Counted from the stretch's first letter, positions 23,613 to 35,009 are shown. The stretch is 64,000 bases of DNA from Octopus sinensis (GCF_006345805.1 NC_042997.1:207452001-207516000); one strand, 5' to 3'. Numbers and translations: made by a program. The notes: a model not told the origin generated them from the sequence alone.

Positions 23613-25876
23613 TTAAGATAATCAATCTCTCAAACAAAGAACTTACACCTAACGAAATAAGCATACTCTCCAAAGGACTTAAATTTACACCCACCCCACA
23701 ACGTTCTAATTATTATGAAATGAAAGATGATATTTCGGAATTTTGCAGAAAACTAAGACTCACCGAGGCATTTCAAGACAAACAAATAGAGGAGGACTCA
23801 ATAGCTAGAAACAAGAGCAATTACACCCCCACCAAAGGTAAGAATAAAGCCTTAGACCGCTATTGTGACTACATAACTAATTTCCCGTTTCAATTCATCA
23901 AGAAACAAAAACACAGCCCTAACTTCAACAAAAGAGAATGGAACGACCTCATCAAACTAAGAGAAGACAAAACAATAACAATTAAGGAGGCAGATAAGGG
24001 CAACGCGATAGTAATAATGAATACAAACAATTATAAAAATTTAGTGCTATCCCTATTAAGAGATGAAATGTATTATGAAAGGGCCCAACAGTATAACCAG
24101 CAAAAAATAATGCATAACCTTAGGACATTAATCAACACATACCAAGAAGGACTCACGAACAAGGAGTATGAATACATCACTAACTTCAAATGCAAATCGA
24201 GTTTGTTCTATGGTATCCCTAAGGTACACAAAAGCCAAACCATTAGAGAAACGTGCAAAACATCCACCGACACACTCATCAAAATCCCTTCACCAAATGA
24301 TCTTAAACTAAGACCGATAATAGCAGGGCCAGCATGTGAAACTCACCGCCTCAGCAATTTCTTAGACACACTTCTTAAACCTTTCCTAAAACACATCAAA
24401 AGCTACGTAAGAGACGATATAGATATGCTCAACCACCTCCCTAAAACAGTCAATGAGAAAACCCTTCTAGTATCATTCGACGTAGTTAATCTTTATTCTA
24501 ACATCCCTCACAACCTAGGAATAGAAGCGATCACCTTCTGGCTGAATAACTACCCCTTTGAACTCCCAACTCGCATAAACAAAGACCTTATAATAGAAGG
24601 ACTTAGATTCATTTTAGAGAACAATTATTTTATTTTTGACAATGATTTCTACAGGCAAAGATCGGGAACAGCGATGGGCACGCGTACTGCACCATCTTTT
24701 GCCAACCTAGTGATGGGATACCTCGAGAAAATACTATACCGGATGACACTCGAGAAATATGGAAACACCTTCGCCACCTATATCCATAACAACTGGAAAA
24801 GATACCTCGATGACTGTTTCATCATCTGGGACAAAGGCATAGAGAAACTTGAGGAATTTAAAATTCTATTAAATGGAATAAATGACAATATACAATTCAC
24901 GATGGACCACAACGAAAAAGAATTACCATTTTTAGACATCCTCATTAAGAAAACCGGCAACAAAATAGAGACAGATATCTACTATAAACCGACAGACTCT
25001 AAACAGTACCTACCCTTTGATTCATGCCACCCACGACACACTAGAATGAATGTCCCTTTTTGTTTAGCTAGAAGGATTTGCACCATAATATCAGACACAA
25101 ACACCCGACACACACGTCTCCAGGAACTTAGAACCACACTCACAAATAGAAACTATCCACAGCCCCTAATAGACAGTGCAATCCAACGGGTACTTAAATT
25201 AAGTATAGAAGACCTGAGACAAACAAAACCAAAAAAGAAAGAACAATTAAAAACCCTTCCCTACATCTCTACACACAACCCACTCAACAATGAGGCCTTC
25301 AACACCATACTACAAAGCACAGCCCTACTAAAGGGAGACCCAAAGATGAACCGGATCCTCGAAACACACACCATCATTAAAAGTAAACGGCAACCAAAAT
25401 CCTTGAAAAGGATTTTAACCCAAGCTACACTGCACTCAACATCAACCACAAAACCAGCAGTTAGAAAATGTGGAAGGCCCAACTGCGGAATCTGTGTCAT
25501 CTTGAAAGAAGGATCAGAATTTATACTGGAACAAGGCCACCAGTTCACCATTAGAACAAACTTCACCTGCGCATCAGAAAACTTAATTTACGTCATAACA
25601 TGCGCAGGCTGCAATAGGCAGTATATAGGCCATACAAAAAATAGCTTACGTAACAGGATGGCGGTGCATAAATCACAAATTAGAAACCCTGATTACCGCA
25701 AAATACCGGTCAGCGGACACATAGATAGATGTGCTGGAAATGTAAATCCGAAATTTACAACTAACCCGCTCTATAAATTCAGTGACAACGCAACCTTCAC
25801 ACAACGCCAAAATAAAGAACTATATTTCATAAAAAAATTTAGACCAAGTTTAAACACCCTGGGCCAGGAATACTAA
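23579..25876 (+). CDS. PLE ORF2, 765 aa: reverse transcriptase plus C-terminal GIY-YIG endonuclease
   Basis: Motifs IINLS..L...E..ILSKGLKFTP, IKEADKGNAIV, FYGIPKVHK, SFDVVNLY, GTAMGT, RYLDD, PFLD, KCGRPNCGIC and IYVITCAGC..QYIGHT...R...H. No stops. Confidence 0.95.
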   Translation: MAKDKQKKPQVIKIINLSNKELTPNEISILSKGLKFTPTPQRSNYYEMKDDISEFCRKLRLTEAFQDKQIEEDSIARNKSNYTPTKGKNKALDRYCDYITNFPFQFIKKQKHSPNFNKREWNDLIKLREDKTITIKEADKGNAIVIMNTNNYKNLVLSLLRDEMYYERAQQYNQQKIMHNLRTLINTYQEGLTNKEYEYITNFKCKSSLFYGIPKVHKSQTIRETCKTSTDTLIKIPSPNDLKLRPIIAGPACETHRLSNFLDTLLKPFLKHIKSYVRDDIDMLNHLPKTVNEKTLLVSFDVVNLYSNIPHNLGIEAITFWLNNYPFELPTRINKDLIIEGLRFILENNYFIFDNDFYRQRSGTAMGTRTAPSFANLVMGYLEKILYRMTLEKYGNTFATYIHNNWKRYLDDCFIIWDKGIEKLEEFKILLNGINDNIQFTMDHNEKELPFLDILIKKTGNKIETDIYYKPTDSKQYLPFDSCHPRHTRMNVPFCLARRICTIISDTNTRHTRLQELRTTLTNRNYPQPLIDSAIQRVLKLSIEDLRQTKPKKKEQLKTLPYISTHNPLNNEAFNTILQSTALLKGDPKMNRILETHTIIKSKRQPKSLKRILTQATLHSTSTTKPAVRKCGRPNCGICVILKEGSEFILEQGHQFTIRTNFTCASENLIYVITCAGCNRQYIGHTKNSLRNRMAVHKSQIRNPDYRKIPVSGHIDRCAGNVNPKFTTNPLYKFSDNATFTQRQNKELYFIKKFRPSLNTLGQEY

Positions 25877-26039
25877 AACAAAAGATAAGTCCTCCGAAAA
25901 GGAGAACCAAATTTCACCACGGCCGCTACTTCAAACAGACACTCACTCTGACGGAAATATGCCTTAGTAAAAAAGGAAAAAAATTCTTTCGTGCAAATCT
26001 GACCCTGATACATACGATACAGCTAAGGGTCAGACCCGA

Positions 26040-26470
26040 TTCTGATTGGTCAACAAGTTGATGACGTCTAGCTCTGCTAGAATGGACAGGATACAAACAG
26101 GGGACAGTCATTAGTCAGAATATTGATGACGTCCTTTTCTGCTTGAATAGTCACCTAACAAGTACAGACAGGGGGCAGATCTAATGTAGCTATAAGTCGT
26201 GATTGGGCAGAATCTGGATGACGTCCCGCTCTGCTTGACTAACGAAGCGACTGGTCAAAACAGGAAACAAACAAGAGGCAGATATAATGCAGCGATTGGT
26301 CAAAATAATGATGACGTCCCGTTCTACTTGACTAACGAAGCGACTGGTCAAAACAGGAAACAAACAAGAGAGAGTTATAATGCAGCGATTGGTCAAAATA
26401 ATGATGACGTCCCGTTCTACTTGATTAAAGCCACCTAACGAAACGATTGGTCAAAACATTGATGACGTCA
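26040..26470 (+). promoter_or_regulatory. Array of six ATTGG-N12-TGACGTC (CCAAT box plus CRE-like) units
   Basis: Units at ~26045, 26109 (ATTAG), 26202, 26296, 26388 and 26447, all with a 12-nt spacer. Function is inferred only. Confidence 0.45.
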
Positions 26471-26946
26471 CGCTACGCTAGATTGACCACCTAACAGACA
26501 TTATAAAACCGAGCATTTCACAAAAACTCACTAGAACCACCCAGCGAACTTCCACCATGGGTCATCACAATTGCTTAAGGTAAAAATGAATTCCTCGCTC
26601 TTTCGGAAACATCAATCTTCTGTATTGACCGCTTTCCACCACTTTGATCTGTTTTTTGTATTGAATACGTATCGCCACCGTGGGCCACTGCATCGAACAC
26701 TTTGAACATATACTTCAAACTATATATCAACTATACATGAACTATATATCAACTATACATGAACTCTAAGATGTCTGACTCCGTTGTGTATTATAAATGA
26801 ATTTCTTGTGTTTGACGGCATGAGCTGTCTTTTTTTATATATAACTTTTTTTGATAAGGTTCATTTCAGGAACTGAAACATGTTATAATGTATATATAAA
26901 AATTAAAAATTGTATAATACAGCAGCATTTTCGAACTTCATTTTTT

Positions 26947-26981
<35 letters not shown>

Positions 26982-27221
26982 TAATTTTAAATTTTTAACT
27001 TATAATGTTTATTAATTTCTTTTGTACTTTTTGTGATCTAGATATATGCTTTATAACATTTTATTTTTCATTTATGATTTGGTTTATGTCTATCATTGTT
27101 TGAATTACATAATAGTGGTTTTTCTCTAATTTATATATATTATATATTTATATTGTGAAATTTGATTTAATACTAAATTGAATTTTTCCCTGTAAGTTTG
27201 GAGTTATACTCCCTATTATCA

Positions 27222-27253
<32 letters not shown>

Positions 27254-28065
27254 TTACTTCTTTCTTCAAACTTTCTTCTGTTTCTCGCCGAGTGTTTTTC
27301 CGTACACCTAGGACAGAGAAGCTCATTGTATGCATTCCCAGATACACACACAATTCGAGACACGTGTGATTCGAACTGAATAGCATGTGTCTCGAATGGG
27401 CTGGAGGATTTGTATTTTGGATATATTTGGGGTACTTAATTGTGCTCATGACTTAGTGTTTGCTTCTTCCATGGGTATGAGTAAGTATTTCATTTATTTT
27501 CTTTGCCGCATTTATCACTGACGAAGGGAGGGTTCTTATGAACTAACCCTGAAATCGGTCCGATATAGTAATAACGGAATTTTGTAGAAATTTCTATCGA
27601 CCTTTTTCGAGTAGCATGCTTATTGCGATAAATTATATGGTTATGGACAATGTGTCTAGTTTCGGCATATTTGGCATTAGAAATTTTTTCGTTTGCGCTT
27701 ATTTATAAGTTGTTTATAAATTTAATCTTTAAAGGTATTTTTTAATATGCTGGCCATTGATAAAATTTTTTTCGAAAATTTTATCCTACATTAGATGTAT
27801 GTAACCTTACCTGGCCCCCGTGCTGGTGGCACATAAAAAGCACCATCCGATCATGGCCGTTTGCCAGCTTCATCTGGCACCTGTGCTGGTGGCACGTAAA
27901 AAGCACCCACTACACTCATGGAGTGGTTGGCGTTAGGAAGGGCATCCAGCCGTAGAAACATTGCCGGATCAGACTGGAGCCTCGTGCAGCCTTCTGGCTT
28001 CCCAGACTCCAGTTGAACCGTCCAACCCATGCCAGCATGGAAAGCGGACGCTAAACGATGATGAT
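26416..28065 (+). repeat. 3' pseudo-LTR (composite)
   Basis: Direct repeat of 20486-22130. Confidence 0.95.
27511..27571 (+). ncRNA. Type I hammerhead ribozyme (copy of 21577-21636)
   Basis: Identical motif in the 3' pLTR. Confidence 0.65.
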
Positions 28066-28109
28066 ATATATATATACATACATACATATATATATACATA
28101 TTTATACAT

Positions 28110-29260
28110 ATATGTGGTCTGATCAATAAGTATCCGGACTGTTGCCACAGTAACAAAGCTAAAGTATGCAGAGTGAAGTGCCTTGGCACAGATTGACCTT
28201 GAACTCTGCTATGCATGCATACTAAGTTTTAATGCTCTATCTCACTTTTGCTGTTTATTGCAGTGCTTGGGAGGAACATGTGTAGCATGTGATTGTTGCA
28301 TTGACCATCACAAAGGCAGTCGAGCAAAAACTCATAAGATTTTGCCAAAAGCTTGGTAATGCCTGCTTGTAGACGAGTGCATGAACTGCATGCATGTGTA
28401 CTAGTGGTTCAGATATTTTCAAGGCGGTGACAAAAATATCAAAAGTGATGAAAGTTTTGGGAGACCCACAACCAACAGAACTGAGAAAAATATTGCAGAT
28501 GTGCATGCAGCTGTGAGGGGAAATCCTCAAATCACCATCCATGAGTTATCAGAGGATGTTCAGGTTAGTTAGTTACAGTTCAGTTCAGTCGATTATCACT
28601 GAAGATTTGGGTATGAGACGCGTTTCTGCCAAATTTGTGCCAAAACTGCTTTCAGCTGACCAAAAAGACACTTGGGTTTCAGTTGCTCAAGATCTCCTTG
28701 ATTGGGTCGAGAACAATGGAAACGTCTTGAAAATGGTCATAACAGGTGATGGATCATGGGTCTATGGCTATGACCCTGAAACAAAGCTTATTCTTCGCAG
28801 TGTAGACTCCAGCCTCTCCAAGAGAGAAGCAATGTGAAGACACTGTTGACTGTTTTCTTTGATTACAAGGGGATTGTTCATCATGACTATGCTCCAGCTG
28901 GTCAGACAGTAAACAAGCAGTACTACTATGACGTTTTGCAGTGTTTACAGGATGCTATTCCTCAGAAAAGACATGTGTCCAGTGAGTGGCAATTGCACCA
29001 TGACAATATGACTGCCCACTCAGGAGTTGTTTTGGGTTAGGCACAGCACTCCCCAGTTCCAACTGCCACTGTATTCCCCAGATCTTTTCCCTCTTTCCAA
29101 ACACTTGAACTGAAAAAGATTCCAGGACATTGAAGAAGAGAATGCAATGAGGCAGCTGCGGATTATCCCAGAAAACGAGTTCCAGGAATGCTTCCATCAA
29201 TGGAAACAGCACAGGATTAAGTGTGTGGCTTCTGAAGGGGATTACTCTGAAGGAGATTAA
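28110..29260 (+). mobile_element. Degenerate mariner (irritans-like) lacking its right TIR
   Basis: TIR-like GTGGTCTGATCAATAAGTATCC. Motifs RRVSAKFVPKLL, ITGDGSWVYGYDPETK, TVFFDYKGIVH and HHDN, ending CVASEGDYSEGD*. Confidence 0.88.
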
Positions 29261-30345
29261 ATGGATAGACAAAAATTTCATATTCGCATTGTAATGCTTT
29301 TCTTTTTTAAAAACTGGAGAAAATCCTGCAAAGACTTGCAAAAACATTTGTGCAGCTTATGGTGATGATGATGCTGTAGGTGAATCAACTGTTCAAAAAT
29401 GGTTTGCAAAATTTAAAGCGGGAGAGTTTAGCTTGGGAGATGACAGTTGCAGTGGATGACCTTCAAAATTGGATGAAGATGTTTTGAATGCCCAAAGATT
29501 GAAGAAAACTCAAATATCACAACTAGAGAACTTGCAGAGGAGTTGGAAGTTTCTAAAAGTATAGATCATGAAGACCTAATGAAGCTAGAATACATTTCTC
29601 ACAAACTCTCAGAAAAGAATTGCTTTTACTGGTATTCCGTTTGTGATATGTTGTTGAAACGGAATAAAAGCATGCCTTTTCTGAAACAACTTGTGATTGG
29701 AGATGAAAAATGGATTGGGTATGAAAACATAGTGCAAAAAAGATCCTGGAGTTTGTGTAAGGACTTCCCCAAAGCAGCAACCAAAGACAAATAACCATGC
29801 CAAAACAGCTATGCTTTGTGTTTAGTGGGATCATCATCATCATCATCATCATTTAGCGTCCGCCTTCCATGCTAGCATGGGTTGGACGGTTCAACTGGGG
29901 TCTGTGAAGCCAGAAGGCTTCATCAGGCCCAGTCCGATCTGGCAGTGTTTCTACGGCTGGATGCCCTTCCTAACGCCAACCACTCCGTGAGTGTAGTGGG
30001 TGCTTTTTACATGCCACCAGCACAGGTGCCAGACGGAGCTGGCAAATGGCCACGGACGGATAGACCATTAATTCTGATGTGTACTCTCATTAGCTGGCTA
30101 ATTTGAACCAAAAAAAATCAAAGAATTGAAGCAGGAAATTGCCAGCAGGAAAGAGGTAATGTTCCAACAAGACAATGCCTAGTCACATGTCTTTGGCTTT
30201 ACATGAATTTGGCTGGGGTCTCTTACTCCATCCCCCATAATATTCTGATATTGCACCACCCGATTACCACTTGTTTTGTCTCTACAGAACTCATTGCAAG
30301 GAAAAACATTTAACAATTTAGATGGAAAAAAAAACTTTCATGAAG
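29261..30345 (+). mobile_element. Second degenerate mariner (different subfamily), interrupted by an RTE tail at ~29830-30060
   Basis: MDRQKFHIRIVMLFFFK, TVQKWFAKFKAGEFSL, IGDEKWIGYEN, QQDNA and SDIAPPDYHLF. Confidence 0.85.
29830..30060 (-). mobile_element. RTE 3' tail fragment
   Basis: (ATC)n followed by the reverse complement of the shared RTE 3' UTR. Confidence 0.9.
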
Positions 30346-30359
30346 ATTTTGCACTCTCT

Positions 30360-30564
30360 TATTTGGTATGTCTCTAAGGATGCTAAGGGTAGAGGAGTGG
30401 CTTGTTAGAGCTGTCCAAGCCATGTACAGTGATGCTGTCAGTAAGGTGAGAGTTGGCCTTGAACACAGTGAGAAATTTAACATACAAGGTGGATTTCACC
30501 AGGGATCATTTCTTAGTTCACTCTTATTTATCCTCCAGGCAATAACAAAGGAATTCAAAACTAC
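30360..30564 (+). mobile_element. RTE RT fragment
   Basis: LRMLRVEEWLVRAVQAMY..HQGSFLSSLLFI. Confidence 0.85.
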
Positions 30565-30566
30565 TA

Positions 30567-32001
30567 CACCCAGGACCATGCTAATAGCTTAGGAGTAAAA
30601 TTTAGGATTTCTCAGTTTTCTGTGAATTGATCTTGTTAAAACTGTTCCTATCTGATTTCCATGCTATGGCAACACTATTGTTATGTTTTCATAATTCTGT
30701 GTAATGTCCTTCCTTATGTATTTCAGATTCTTTAGTTTTGGGACAAACCATGCTAATAGTGTCTACCCTTCCTAAGGGATGTGGGGAAAAGCCTGAACAA
30801 TAAAGAAAAGTCTGTCATCATCAAAGAAAGTGCTAAAGACAACCTTCTTCATGGCATCGTGGAGAAGTTAGGTCGTCATGTGGACATGGTTTGATGATTC
30901 CTGAAAAACCCTTTGACAAGGAAGAAACGATCCATTGTGGGACCTCCAAGACTGTGACAGCTAGGGATTTTCACTCCCTCCGGACTTCCTCATGTACTGA
31001 AAGCTACCAGAAATTGCATCCTTGGGACCATGGCTTCCATGTGAGAACCCCTGAAACTGCCTCCTTTGATGTCCCATCACAGGAGTTTGAGGCTTCTATG
31101 GGCCCCAAAATGCATGACATTAGACTTGAGTTGTGTTCTATTCACTGACAAAACCAGGGTGACCCTTGACAAACCTGATGGTTGGGCAAATGGCGTATTT
31201 CGGAGAGGAGCATCAACAACAGGGTGGAGGAATCATGTTGTGGGCTGGTATCACTGGGGGCACACATGTTGGCCCAGTCAGGGTGCCTCAAGAGGTTAAA
31301 GTGACTGAAGGAGGTCTTGGATCCCTGAATAGATGATATACCAGTGTCAATTCTAAGGAATCTTGTATTCATGCATCACAATGCTGCTTCCCACCCTGTT
31401 AGGACCACTCAAACATTCCTAGGGTTTTACGGCAAACAAGGTGAAAGGTTGATTATGTGACTGTTAGCATCTCCAGGTCTCAACCCTTTTGAAAATCTTT
31501 CGTCTGTCGTTTAATAAGATGATTTTGCCAATGAATGCCAGCTTACATTGAAAGATGTCTTATGGGCGGCCATCAAAGCTGCAGCAGAGGCTGTCCAACC
31601 TGCTACTATTAAGAAATTGACAGAATCTTTGACTAATTAGTTTTTCGAAATTATCAGTCAAAATGGTACTCATGTGGCTAAAGAATTAATTATGTCAATA
31701 AATGTTATAATATTATTATGGTTTTCTGTTAAGTAAATACTCAATGTAGGCTTAATATGTATCATTACCCGTCAGATTTCAGGAAAAAAAAATGTCTAGA
31801 TGGGCTCTTTTCATTCAAAAGTTATTGGCATGGTTCACCCAAAAACTGAAGAATCTGAAATAAAAATGGAAAAGACGGTACACAGAATATCGGAAACATA
31901 ACAATGTCCATAGCATCTGGGAGAAGTTTCATCAAAATCGATTCACAGATAACCAAGAAATCATATAGTTCACTCCTATGCTATTTGCGTTGTTCTGGGT
32001 G
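30567..32001 (+). mobile_element. Degenerate Tc1-like DNA transposon with long TIRs and TA flanks
   Basis: TA|CACCCAG...CTGGGTG|TA. Motifs FTDKTRVTLDKPDGW, GGGIMLWAG, HHNAASH and SPGLNPFEN. Confidence 0.85.
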
Positions 32002-32003
32002 TA

Positions 32004-33060
32004 TATGCTGATGATCTTATTACAGAATCTGAAGCAGAAGTGGAGAAGAAGTTTTGGGTCTCGAAGCAAAACCTGGAATCAATGAGCCTGAAAGTTAACT
32101 TAGCAAAGACTAAAGTTGTTATAAGCAAGAAAGCAGGTAGATGGAAAATGGTGGTGGTGGTGGTGGAGGTATGTAGGGAAGTGGTGTAAGCTATGGATGC
32201 ATAAGAGATGCAGTGGAATCGTAGGTAGGTTAACAGATGGGGTTGCTTTCATGTGTGGCAGATGCGCAGGAACAATAAGCACTAAGGGCACGAGGGACTC
32301 TGTCAAATGCCCAGGAGGCTCTCTTGAGGTAGTAAATAGTTTCTGCTATTTAGGTGACCAGATTAGTAAAGGGGGTGGATGCTCTGAAAGTATTGTTTCT
32401 AGAATAAGAATAGGGTGGAGGAAGTTCAGAGAGCTGCTACCTCTGTTGGCAACGAAAGGACTCTCAGAGTGAAAGGTAGATTGTATGATGCCTGTGTGCG
32501 AACGGCTGTATTACACGATAGGGGGACATGGGCTCTGACTGAAGAGGAATGAACATTGTATGCTTCATTGGATTTGCAACACAAGTGTGCATGACCAACA
32601 GAGCAGAACTGTATTGAGAGAAAAGTTGGGCATAAGAGGGACTGAATGTGGCATGCAGGAGAGGAGAATGTGGTGGTTTGGACTTGTGATGTGTCTGTGT
32701 GTGAAGAAGTGCCTGTCACTGAAGGTGGATGATACCTATGGGAGAAGGAGGCTGAGGAAGGCATGGGAGGAAGTGGTGAGGACTGATCTTAGGCTCACAG
32801 ACGAAATGACAATGGACCAAAATATTTGGCACTATGAGGCTCTACCTGCCCACATTGGCAAAACTGAGGGCTAGAAGTGTTGTGTCCCACCCACGTGTAA
32901 CAGCAACCTTTTCACAAACCCTACCCCAAGAAACCGACCTACATCACCTCTTCTAAACAGCATCTTTCTCTTCCTCACATTTCCTCTTCATAAACTATGA
33001 TTGTCTTCCTTTGTCACCTTTCCTGTCCTGCTCACTGTTCCCTACACCCCAACCCTATTT
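32004..33060 (+). mobile_element. Diverged RTE subfamily fragment
   Basis: YADDL, FCYLGDQISKGGGCSESIVSRIRIGWRKFRELLPLL and LREKLGIRG. Confidence 0.85.
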
Positions 33061-33232
33061 AATATGTACCAGTTGGGCTCTGCCTAATCGTAAGCAAGAA
33101 GAATTGTTTTCTTCTTAGAATCAAATTTACAAAATCAGGAAGCAATGTCTTCCATGGCACAAAATTGGTTTATGCATTCTTATTAAATACAATACAGAAT
33201 AATAGACTTTAACTGGATTTGAACTTTCAGTC

Positions 33233-33238
33233 TTTATT
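33233..33238 (-). terminator. Candidate polyadenylation signal (AATAAA, minus strand) for the PARP gene
   Basis: First AATAAA on the minus strand just beyond the satellite. Inferred from position only. Confidence 0.35.
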
Positions 33239-33339
33239 TTACTTTAAGCAATAATTACTTCTAATGTAAAAAAAGATTGAAAATGTCAAAATGAGATAAC
33301 GATTCAGAAAATATGAAATTCAATAATTTTAATGTAATA

Positions 33340-34525
33340 AATTTGAATAGTTTTAGTGTTACAAATCAGAAAAAGTTTTAGTGTTACAAATCAGAAAAAG
33401 TTTAAGTGTTACAAATTTGAATAGTTTTAGTGTTACAAATCAGAAAAAGTTTAAGTGTTACAAATTTGAATAGTTTTAGTGTTACAAATCAGAAAAAGTT
33501 TAAGTGATACAAATCAGAAAAAATTTAAATGTTACAAATTTGAATAGTTTTAGTGTTATAAATCAGAAAAAGTTTGTTACAAATCAGAAAAAGTTTAAGT
33601 GTTACAAAAAAAGTTTAAATGTTATAAATTTGAATAGTTTTAGTGTTATAAATCAGAAAAAGTTTGTTACAAATCAGAAAAAGTTTAAGTGTTACAAAAA
33701 AAGTTTAAGTGTTACAAATATGAATAGTTTTAGTGTTAAAAATCAGAAAAAGTTTAAGTGTTACAAATATGAATAGTTTTAGTGTTAAAAATCAGAAAAA
33801 GTTTAAGTGTTACAAAAAAAGTTACAAATATGAATAGTTTTAGTGTTAAAAATCAGAAAAAGTTTAAGTGTTACAAAAAAAGTTTAAGTGTTACAAATAT
33901 GAATAGTTTTAGTGTTATAAATCAGAAAAAGTTTAAGTGTTACAAATATGAATAGTTTTAGTGTTAAAAATCAGAAAAAGTTTAAGTGTTACAAATATGA
34001 ATAGTTTTAGTGTTATAAATCAGAAAAAGTTTAAGTGTTACAAATATGAATAGTTTTAGTGTTATAAATCAGAAAAAGTTTAAGTGTTACAAATATGAAT
34101 AGTTTTAGTGTTAAAAATCAGAAAAAGTTTAAGTGTTACAAATATGAATAGTTTTAGTGTTAAAAATCAGAAAAAGTTTAAGTGTTACAAAAAAAGTTAC
34201 AAATATGAATAGTTTTAGTGTTAAAAATCAGAAAAAGTTTAAGTGTTACAAAAAAAGTTTAAGTGTTACAAATATGAATAGTTTTAGTGTTATAAATCAG
34301 AAAAAGTTTGTTACAAATCAGAAAAAGTTTAAGTGTTACAAAAAAAGTTTAAGTGTTACAAATATGAATAGTTTTAGTGTTAAAAATCAGAAAAAGTTTG
34401 TTACAAATCAGAAAAAGTTTAAGTGTTACAAAAAAAGTTTAAATGTTACAAATTTGAATAGTTTCAGTGTTACAAATGTGAATAGTTTTACTGTTACAAA
34501 TCTGAACAGTTTTAGAGTTACAAAA
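33340..34525. repeat. Tandem satellite of ~24/25-bp related subunits (49-bp dimer plus 20/21-bp variants)
   Basis: TGTTACAAATATGAATAGTTTTAG alternates with TGTTAAAAATCAGAAAAAGTTTAAG; flanks are degenerate. Confidence 0.95.
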
Positions 34526-34534
34526 GTCTTGATT

Positions 34535-34800
34535 TCAATTAGAGAATGTAATTAAATAATGAGGATATGCCTGAGAGTCACGAACAATAACATAATTCCT
34601 GGGTCTTTGAATATTATCAACAGTGGAATTGTAAGGATCCTGTAAAACATTCAATCCATGACGTTTTTGTATCACTTTGCCCACAAGAACACTGCATTTG
34701 TATATTCTCTTTATGTTGTTATGGTCAGGAGTAGAATATTTATCACTTGTAGAATTCTGGATGTCTGTGGTAAAGGAAACACCTTCATCAAATGCAGTGG
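34535..34800 (-). CDS. PARP14/15-like ADP-ribosyltransferase, terminal coding exon
   Basis: Acceptor ttttttttgtctattcttag|CC (phase 1, matching the upstream donor). Translates (A)TAFDEGVSFTTDIQNSTSDKYSTPD...IYKCSVLVG...YNSTVDNIQRPRNYVIVRDSQAYPHYLITFSN*, the typical QAYPEYLITF PARP C-terminus. Confidence 0.92.
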
Positions 34801-35009
34801 CTAAGAATAGACAAAAAAAAAAGATATATATATATACATATATATATTTATCATGCTGGGACTACTTGTTAGTACCATTCATTATTAATTGATAATTTTT
34901 TACTGTTATGGGTTTTTTTTCTTTAAGCCACTGATATTATTGTAAACAAAGATATCCTCATATATATTTAAATAACTTTTATTCACTTCCACCACCTTTT
35001 TTTAAATTT

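Larger units (their letters stand above)
20486..28065 (+). mobile_element. Apparently intact two-ORF Penelope-like element bounded by ~1.65-kb direct pseudo-LTRs
   Basis: 20486-22130 is essentially identical to 26416-28065 (period ~5.93 kb). Contains ORF1 and an uninterrupted RT/GIY-YIG ORF. Confidence 0.95.

Noticed and set aside
23550-23620. 3' stimulatory stem-loop or pseudoknot after the slippery site
   Set aside because: The sequence is A/C-rich; only a weak CCC/GGG pairing is visible, so no structure is claimed.
22212-25876. Selenocysteine recoding as described for some PLEs
   Set aside because: There is no in-frame TGA within either ORF.
33340-34525. CRISPR-like array (also considered for 63175-64000 and 26040-26470)
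   Set aside because: Units are contiguous tandem repeats with no unique spacers and no cas genes, in a eukaryotic context.
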